A stretch of 64,000 bases of DNA from Steroidobacteraceae bacterium (lineage in GTDB: Bacteria; Pseudomonadota; Gammaproteobacteria; Steroidobacterales; Steroidobacteraceae). The translations under genes and the position numbers were made by a program. Positions 17,250-23,838 of the stretch are shown piece after piece. The stretch covers positions 31,296-95,295 of the forward strand of contig DASYJX010000037.1 of assembly GCA_035996065.1 (NCBI GenBank), written 5' to 3'. The notes under the pieces were generated by a model that did no database searches, had not been told where the DNA came from, and saw only the letters and a list, made by a program, of their open reading frames with translations. Positions within the stretch are counted from its first letter, which is position 1, and each line of letters starts with the position of its first letter.

Positions 17250-19256
17250 ATGCAAGCAGCCGCCGTCACAACCCCCCTTTCTCCCGTCGCGGCGGAGGTC
17301 CTGCGCATCCGCGTCCTCATCGAGCGCCAGCAATTCGCCGCCGCGCTCAAGGCGGGCGAAGCCTTGGCGGTCCAGGTTCCGGAAAACCGCGATGTCCTCT
17401 ACATGATTGCCGTCAGCCAGCGGTATTTGAAGCAAGAAGACCAGGCGCTGGCCACCCTGGAGCGGCTGCAGAGGCATCACCCCAACTTCAGTCTTCTGTT
17501 CCAGGAACGCGGCCACTGCTATGTCGCGCAGCGCGATGCGCCGCGCGCGATCGATGCGTTCTTGGGTGCCGTGAACATCAATCCGGCCTTGCCGGCGAGC
17601 TGGCGGACCCTGCAGACGCTCTTCCGGATGACCGGCCAGGCTGAGAATGCCGAGATGGCTGCCGCACATGTCGCAACTCTCGGGAAATTGCCCCCGGAGA
17701 TCGTCACAGCGACCGCCATGTTTTCCGACGGAGATCTGGCGCCCGCAGAAGAGCTCGTGCGGGCGTTTCTGTTGAAACACGGCGACCACGTCGAAGCCAT
17801 GCGGCTGCTGGCGCGGATCGGGCTTGCGCATGACGTGCTCGACGATGCCGATATCTTGCTGGAAGCCGTGCTGGCCATGGCTCCGGACTATCGAGCCGCC
17901 CGCTACGACTATGCCATCGCGCTGCTCCGGCGCCATAAGCATGAGCAGGCCATCGCCGAACTTGAGAAGCTGCTGCAGCTCGATCCGAAGAATCGGGCTT
18001 ACAAGACCACGTACGCGACAACGAAGGTGGGTCTGGGCGATCACGAGCGGGCGCTTGGGCTTTATCAGGAACTCATCGCCGACGCTCCGCAATCGCTTCA
18101 GGCATCCGAGCTGCATCTGTCGGTGGCGCACTCGTTCAAGGCGCTCGGACGCCAGCCGGAGGCGATCGAATCCTATCGCGCCGCCGCGGCGGCTCGGCCG
18201 AGTTTCGGGGATGCCTACTGGAGCCTCGCCAACCTCAAGACTTATCGGTTCACGGTGGACGAAATTTCACGCATGCGTGCCGAAGAGGCTGCCGAGACGA
18301 CCGCGCCGGTCGACCGCTACCACCTGTGCTTCGCTCTCGGCAAGGCGCTCGAGGACCTGGCCGAATACGAGGAGTCGTTTCGCTACTATGAACGCGGCAA
18401 TGCGCTCAAGAAGTCTCAGAGCCGCTATCGGCCGGAGCCGATCGAACGCAACACGCGGCTGCAGAAGGCGACCTGCACCGCGGAATTCTTCGCCGCCCGG
18501 CGCGGCGTGGGCTGCGACAAGCCCGACCCCATCTTCATTGTGGGCTTGCCGCGATCCGGCTCCACGCTGCTCGAGCAGATCCTGGCCTCACATTCGAAAG
18601 TCGAAGGCACGATGGAACTCGCGGACATTCCCCGCTTGGTGCTGGACCTGCAAGGGCGCGAGGCGGAGAGCGACAACCCGCGCTACCCGGCTGTGCTGCA
18701 CGATCTCGATCCCGCCGACTTCCTCAGGATGGGTAAGAAATTCATCACCGACACGCGCGTATACCGTACCGGCAGACCCTACTTCATCGACAAGATGCCG
18801 AACAACTTTCGGCATCTCGGTTTGATTCATCTGATTCTGCCGAATGCCAAGATCATCGATGCACGGCGCAACGCAATGGCGTGTTGTTTCAGCAATTTCA
18901 AGCAGCTCTTTGCCTCGGGACAGGAGTTTACCTATGGTCTCGAGGACATCGGCCGGTACTACCGGACGTACGTCGAGCTGATGGCGCATTGGGATATGGT
19001 CATGCCCGGCAAGATCTTGCGCGTCGAGCATGAGGATGTCGTCGATGATCTCGAAGCGAATGTCCGCAGGATCCTCGATTTCTGCGGCCTGGAATTCGAA
19101 CCTCAGTGCATCGAGTTCTACAAGACCGAGCGCAGCGTCAGAACCGCGAGCTCGGAGCAGGTACGTCAGCCGATTTTCAAGGAGGGCGTCGATCAGTGGC
19201 GGCATTTCCACCCCTGGCTAGGCCCTCTGGAGGCAGCGCTCGGTGCAGCGTCTTGA
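17250..19256 (+). CDS. TPR-repeat + sulfotransferase-domain protein, leaderless (copy 2)
   Basis: From ORF 17223-19256. The first ATG (17223) lies in the terminator loop, so I moved the start to the in-frame ATG at 17250. This gives 668 aa, against 667 and 666 aa for the paralogs. Motifs are IFIVGLPRSGSTLLEQILASH and the identical FIDKMPNNFRHLGLIHLILPNAKIIDARR block. Confidence 0.85.
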   Translation: MQAAAVTTPLSPVAAEVLRIRVLIERQQFAAALKAGEALAVQVPENRDVLYMIAVSQRYLKQEDQALATLERLQRHHPNFSLLFQERGHCYVAQRDAPRAIDAFLGAVNINPALPASWRTLQTLFRMTGQAENAEMAAAHVATLGKLPPEIVTATAMFSDGDLAPAEELVRAFLLKHGDHVEAMRLLARIGLAHDVLDDADILLEAVLAMAPDYRAARYDYAIALLRRHKHEQAIAELEKLLQLDPKNRAYKTTYATTKVGLGDHERALGLYQELIADAPQSLQASELHLSVAHSFKALGRQPEAIESYRAAAAARPSFGDAYWSLANLKTYRFTVDEISRMRAEEAAETTAPVDRYHLCFALGKALEDLAEYEESFRYYERGNALKKSQSRYRPEPIERNTRLQKATCTAEFFAARRGVGCDKPDPIFIVGLPRSGSTLLEQILASHSKVEGTMELADIPRLVLDLQGREAESDNPRYPAVLHDLDPADFLRMGKKFITDTRVYRTGRPYFIDKMPNNFRHLGLIHLILPNAKIIDARRNAMACCFSNFKQLFASGQEFTYGLEDIGRYYRTYVELMAHWDMVMPGKILRVEHEDVVDDLEANVRRILDFCGLEFEPQCIEFYKTERSVRTASSEQVRQPIFKEGVDQWRHFHPWLGPLEAALGAAS

Positions 19257-19282
19257 GTTCCCGGCGTCGAGGATATTCAGAT

Positions 19283-21097
19283 ATGTGGTTGCGAATTGCA
19301 TTTGCCATATCCGTTGCCGTCTATTGCTTGACGGCAAATCCCCGCAGCGCACGAGCCGCTCCGGCGGAGCTTCTTCCGGTGCAAGCTTTCGAATCCGATC
19401 GGGCGCTCGAAGCGCCGGTCGCGAACGGCGCTTTCGTTCCGGGTGAGAATGCCTTGCCGGCACCCGCCTTCGCCGGCGTGCTGAAGATCCACGCGTCGTC
19501 CATGCAGACTCTGCCGGTTCTGACCCAGCCCCTGATTCAGGGGCGCGATGTCCGTATCTTTCCCGGCGTGCAGCTGGAGTTCTTCACGGTCGGCGACGTT
19601 CTGGTGCCCGTCCAGCGCGGCGAGATGGTGCGCGAAACCGGCGCCGGAGCCGCCCACAGCTACTGGCGGGTCATTCCGCAATTTGGCAAGGTGTGGCGCG
19701 AAAAAGGCGATGGTGATTGGTCGCGCGCCGCGTTTCCCATCATGCTGGTCAACGACACGGAGAACCACGCGCACCAGGGCCTGGCGACGTTTCTGTATAG
19801 ATCCGGACAGGCGAGTGCGCTCAGATTTCAGTTCGTGCAGCAAACCGGCCCGTACCTCATCAAACAGTACTTCGTCGCCTGGGGGTATGCGCCGACCGAA
19901 TTCGCGGCGGGGAACTCCCAACAGCTCGAGGCGCGCCGCGTGCAGGCGCAGGCGGAACTGGCCGACCGGCTGCCCGCGAGACCCTGGAGCGAGCTGGTCA
20001 AGACCGTACCGCCGGGAGTCCTCGAGGGCTTCGGCGGACCTATCTATCCGAAGTGGCAAGTAGCGGTGGCGCTGGTTCGCGACGGCACGCTGTACTACCA
20101 AGATCCGATCACACCCTATGGCCCCTACCCGTATCCGCTCGAGATGCGCTTCGGTGTGCGTTCCGTGACCAAGGCGGTGTTTGCGCCGCTCGCGCTCCTG
20201 CATCTCGCACAAGTGTACGGACCTTGGGTGCTCACGCTCAAGATCGGGGACTATGTGCCGGACCTCGATCCGAAGTGGCGCCGGGTCCGCTTTGTCGACG
20301 CATCGAACATGGCGACGGGTTTCGGCGGCATGGGCAGCACCAAGACCCATCCCAACGACATCTTCGACGGCTACTTGGGAGGTGACTACGATGCCTGGTA
20401 CATGGCTCCGTCGCACGCCGACAAGATTCGGCAGATGGCCGCAACGCTGCATCCTTATCCCTGGGAGCCTGGCACCGTCATGCGATACCGTGACCAGGAT
20501 TACTATGTCTTGGGCGCCGCCATCCAGAGCTTTCTCAAGTCGGTCAGAGGGCCTCAGGCAGACCTCGGGGAGATGGTACAGAACGAGGTGTTCGGTCCGA
20601 TCGGCATTCACCAGGCGCCGGTCGTCAGGACACGCGAGGCGGGCGGTCGCGACGGTCTGGTGTGGTGCAACGCCGGCTATTATCCGACGCTCGATGATCT
20701 CGCAAAGATCGCTTTGCTGTACGAGTCGCGCGGCGCCCATGGAGGGATGCAGATACTGAACCGCGAATTAACGGCGGATCTCCTGGCCGCGCGCGACGCC
20801 ATCGTCAAGAACGCCGATGCCGCGCTGGGACCCGTTGCGGCGCCGTTGGCCGACTCCAAGGAGGATGGGCTCTATAAAATGGGCTTTCACTTCCTGCGCT
20901 ACGTGGACACGAGCGGCACGGTGGAGTACCTGCCGAGCATGCACGGCTCGGGCGACAACGAAGTGATCCTGTACCCGAACCGCATGGTGTCCATCGTCAT
21001 GGCAAAGGCGTCGGAAGAGATCCTGGGTTCGGAGAAAACCAGGTCCGACGAGGGGCCGGCGACCATTCGAGCCGTCGAGCGTCTGGCGCCCTTCTAG
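19283..21097 (+). CDS. Secreted serine hydrolase, beta-lactamase/PBP (SxxK) fold
   Basis: From ORF 19106-21097, trimmed to ATG 19283. MWLRIAFAISVAVYCLTANPRSARA is a signal peptide, and RBS GAGGA lies upstream. The motif RSVTKAVFAPLAL contains Ser-x-x-Lys. 604 aa. Confidence 0.7.
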   Translation: MWLRIAFAISVAVYCLTANPRSARAAPAELLPVQAFESDRALEAPVANGAFVPGENALPAPAFAGVLKIHASSMQTLPVLTQPLIQGRDVRIFPGVQLEFFTVGDVLVPVQRGEMVRETGAGAAHSYWRVIPQFGKVWREKGDGDWSRAAFPIMLVNDTENHAHQGLATFLYRSGQASALRFQFVQQTGPYLIKQYFVAWGYAPTEFAAGNSQQLEARRVQAQAELADRLPARPWSELVKTVPPGVLEGFGGPIYPKWQVAVALVRDGTLYYQDPITPYGPYPYPLEMRFGVRSVTKAVFAPLALLHLAQVYGPWVLTLKIGDYVPDLDPKWRRVRFVDASNMATGFGGMGSTKTHPNDIFDGYLGGDYDAWYMAPSHADKIRQMAATLHPYPWEPGTVMRYRDQDYYVLGAAIQSFLKSVRGPQADLGEMVQNEVFGPIGIHQAPVVRTREAGGRDGLVWCNAGYYPTLDDLAKIALLYESRGAHGGMQILNRELTADLLAARDAIVKNADAALGPVAAPLADSKEDGLYKMGFHFLRYVDTSGTVEYLPSMHGSGDNEVILYPNRMVSIVMAKASEEILGSEKTRSDEGPATIRAVERLAPF

Positions 21098-21110
21098 TCA
21101 CGCGGTCTGT

Positions 21111-22646
21111 CTAGGGTTCACCGCTGCCGATTTCGGCCCGACGCTGCGCGACGTAGGCATCCAGTGATTCGCGAATCGCCGGATCCATCGCGGGCTCTTC
21201 GTACTCCTTGAGCGCCTGTTTCCAAATGATCGTGGCGCGCTGCGTCGCATCTTTACCGCCGCCGAGTTGCCAGTTCTCGTAGTTCTGCCAATTGGAAACG
21301 AGCGGCTGGTAGAAGGCGTGCTCGTAGCGAGCCATCGTGTGCGGCTCGCCGAAAAAGTGGCCGCCCGTCGGAACGCCCTTGATGGCGTCGAATCCAAGTT
21401 CTTGCTCATCGACGACGATCGGCTTGAGGAACTCGATCATCATCTGCAGCATCTCGACGTCGAGGACCAGCTTCTCGAAAGACGCAGTCAATCCCCCTTC
21501 TTGCCAACCGGCCGCGTGGTACACGAGATTGCCGTGTCCCAGAATCGCACCCCACAGGGACATCTCGGTCTCGTACGCTCCTTGGGCGTCAGCCGCATTG
21601 GACGCGCTGGCATTGGAAGTGCGGTACGGAAGCCGATAGCGGCGGGCCAATTGGCCGCCCGCGATGTTGGCCTTGGCATTTTCCGGGGTCCCAAACGCCG
21701 GCGCTCCCGAACGCATGTCCACATTCGAGGTGAAGGCGCCATACATCACGGGGGCGCCGCGCCGAACCGACTGCGCCAGCACCACGCCGAACAACGCCTC
21801 GGCGTTCTGCTGCGCAAGCGCCGCAGCGAGCGACACCGGCGCCATGGCGCCCATCAAGGTGAAGGGCGTGATGACCACCGCCTGGCCGTGTTCGGCCATG
21901 GCGATGAGTCCCTCGCTCATGGCTTCATCGAACCGGCGCGGGCTGTTCACCGAAATGATGGTAATGACGCCGGGACTATGGGCCATTTCCTCCAGCTCGA
22001 TGCCTCGCGCGATCGCCATCATCCGGATGCCGTCGAGCGCCCGCCCGGCACCGATGGCGGTGCAGTGATACACCTGATCCGAATACAGAAGATTCGCCCG
22101 ATAGGTGTCCAAGTGCCGGGAACTCGCAGGCAGCTCGACCGGCGCGCACACTTGGTTGCCGATCAGATGGATGGCGTTGAAGTGCTGCGCGAGCCGGGTG
22201 AGGTCGCAGTAGTCCTGGTAATTTCCCGACCGGCGCCCCCGCTCGCAGTCATGAACGTTGGGCGGCCCCGCCACCAGGCCGAAGTTGACATGGTTTCCGC
22301 CCATGATCACCCGTTTGTCGGGGTTGCGCGGAGTGAGGACAAATTCCGACGGTGCGCTCGCCAAGGCGCTCTCGACGATGCCGCGGTCGAGATAGACGGT
22401 CCGTGTCCCGGAGTCGACCTTTGCGCCCGCCGCTTTGAGAACGGCCAGTGCCCGCGCCGACATCACTTCCATGCCGAGCTCTTCGAGGATGCGCAGCGAA
22501 GTCAGGTGGATCGCCTCGAGCTGATCCGCCGACAGCACCTCCATGGGCAGGTAGGGGTTGCGAACTTCGGTCCAGGGCAACTGAGGGACGCGCGTTCCGT
22601 CAAGACGTCTGCCGCGGCCTCCCTGACGTCGCCGATTTGCATTCAT
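21111..22646 (-). CDS. MttB-superfamily (trimethylamine methyltransferase family) protein, non-pyrrolysine type
   Basis: From ORF 21111-22721, trimmed to ATG 22646. MNANRRRQGGRGRR... is a basic N-terminus shared in character with the paralog at 57431-58999. The 511-aa frame is uninterrupted, with no in-frame TAG. Conserved blocks include GPPNVHD, ITPFTLMGAMAPV and VYHAAGWQEGGL. Confidence 0.85.
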   Translation of the reverse strand: MNANRRRQGGRGRRLDGTRVPQLPWTEVRNPYLPMEVLSADQLEAIHLTSLRILEELGMEVMSARALAVLKAAGAKVDSGTRTVYLDRGIVESALASAPSEFVLTPRNPDKRVIMGGNHVNFGLVAGPPNVHDCERGRRSGNYQDYCDLTRLAQHFNAIHLIGNQVCAPVELPASSRHLDTYRANLLYSDQVYHCTAIGAGRALDGIRMMAIARGIELEEMAHSPGVITIISVNSPRRFDEAMSEGLIAMAEHGQAVVITPFTLMGAMAPVSLAAALAQQNAEALFGVVLAQSVRRGAPVMYGAFTSNVDMRSGAPAFGTPENAKANIAGGQLARRYRLPYRTSNASASNAADAQGAYETEMSLWGAILGHGNLVYHAAGWQEGGLTASFEKLVLDVEMLQMMIEFLKPIVVDEQELGFDAIKGVPTGGHFFGEPHTMARYEHAFYQPLVSNWQNYENWQLGGGKDATQRATIIWKQALKEYEEPAMDPAIRESLDAYVAQRRAEIGSGEP

Positions 22647-22662
22647 AAGTTCTAGTATAGTC

Positions 22663-22722
22663 CGACATCGCTGAGCCCGGATCGTGCGCGAACACGACAT
22701 CGCGATGATCCATCGCGACATC
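22663..22722. promoter_or_regulatory. Repeated CGACATC boxes plus the palindrome CATCGCGATG in the divergent MttB / GlxA-type regulator promoter region
   Basis: CGACATC occurs at 22663, 22695 and 22716. A perfect 10-bp palindrome lies at 22698-22707, and CATCGCGA recurs at 22711. All of these fall within the 105-bp divergent spacer 22647-22751. Confidence 0.4.
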
Positions 22723-22751
22723 CGATTCGATGCGCATACACGAGACTTGCA

Positions 22752-23768
22752 ATGTCCATGCGATTTGAAGCCAGTAGTTCCGGCGCGCCGATCCGAATCG
22801 CGTTTTTGCTCATTCCTCAGTTTTCAATGATGGCATTCTCGGCCTCGATCGAGCCGCTGCGCTCGGCCAACCGCATGAGCGAGCGCCAACTGTTCGAATG
22901 GCAGCTGGTCTCGGCCGACGGCAAGCAAGTCGCCGCGAGCAATGGAATCGACATCGCGGCAACCCAGTCGCTCGACCAAGTGCACAGGGTCGATATGCTG
23001 GTTGTCTGCGCGGGGCTCGAGCCGGTGCAGTTTTCACCTCGCCATAAAATCCATCACCATTTGCGCCGGCTCGCCCGCCATGGCTCGATGGTCGGCGCGA
23101 TCAGCACCGGTTCGTTCATACTGGCGGATGCGGGGCTGCTGGCCAATCGTCGATGCACGGTGCATTGGGAATATGCCGATCTGTTTCGGTCGCGTTATCC
23201 GGCGCTCGAGGTCAGCCGGGACCTCTATGTGGTGGACCGAGATGTGTTCACCTGCTCCGGCGGCACTGCGGCGCTCGACATGATGCTGCATTTCGTCAGC
23301 CGGGCGTCGACGCCGGGAATCGCGATCGCCGTCGCCGAGCAGTTCATCCACCCGCAGATTCGAAACCAAGAGGACCAGCAGCGGCTCGAGACGCACGCGC
23401 GCTATGGGATCGACAGCCCCAAACTGGCCGAGATCCTAAGGATCATGGAAGGCGCGCTCGAAAATCCGCTTGATATCCGGCAAATATCGGATCGCATCGG
23501 CATCTCGGCGAGGCACGTCGAGCGTCTGTTCCGCGAGCAGATCGGTGCTTCTCCCAAGTCCTTTTACATGCGCCTTCGTCTGGCGCGCGCGCGGACCTTG
23601 CTGCGCCAGACCATCAATCCCATCTTGGCCGTGGCAGTCGAATGCGGCTTCCGCTCAACGTCGCACTTCAGTCATGCGTATAAACGAGTGTTCGGCAAAG
23701 CGCCGACCGACGAGCGTTCCGAGCGGCCCCGGCGCAATGCGCCGACTGGGTCGCAGATTGCTCGATAA
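22752..23768 (+). CDS. GlxA-family AraC-type transcriptional regulator (DJ-1/PfpI-like N-domain + HTH; GbdR/CdhR-like)
   Basis: 338 aa. N-terminal IRIAFLLIPQFSMMAFSASIEPLRSAN is the amidotransferase-like domain. C-terminal LDIRQISDRIGISARHVERLFRE...GFRSTSHFSHAYKRVFG is the AraC HTH. Confidence 0.9.
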   Translation: MSMRFEASSSGAPIRIAFLLIPQFSMMAFSASIEPLRSANRMSERQLFEWQLVSADGKQVAASNGIDIAATQSLDQVHRVDMLVVCAGLEPVQFSPRHKIHHHLRRLARHGSMVGAISTGSFILADAGLLANRRCTVHWEYADLFRSRYPALEVSRDLYVVDRDVFTCSGGTAALDMMLHFVSRASTPGIAIAVAEQFIHPQIRNQEDQQRLETHARYGIDSPKLAEILRIMEGALENPLDIRQISDRIGISARHVERLFREQIGASPKSFYMRLRLARARTLLRQTINPILAVAVECGFRSTSHFSHAYKRVFGKAPTDERSERPRRNAPTGSQIAR

Positions 23769-23838
23769 CCATGCCTTCGATCGAATCCTCGGTTATCGTA
23801 TTGACCGGGAAACCTTCAGAGGAAACTGGGCCGCCATA

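Noticed and set aside
21111-22646. An in-frame amber (pyrrolysine) codon in the MttB homologs (also checked in 57431-58999).
   Set aside because: Both frames are continuous with no internal TAG, and no pyl genes are visible. These are non-Pyl family members.
21267-22655. A 462-aa plus-strand ORF antisense to MttB paralog 1.
   Set aside because: Same reasoning. It is a shadow ORF with low-complexity Arg/His-rich composition, and the opposite strand carries the conserved blocks.
23470-23838. N-terminal extensions of ORF-track entries that overlap the upstream gene. These are 23470-23838, 25416-25646, 19106-19282, 49464-49661, 53414-53704, 56622-56699, 48392-48616, 3805-4071, 2763-2876, 37135-37275 and 59820-59891.
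   Set aside because: The extensions are Arg/Ser/Pro-rich and overlap well-supported genes or intergenic promoters. The internal starts place the conserved N-terminal motifs (Rossmann, HTH, signal peptide) at their expected positions.
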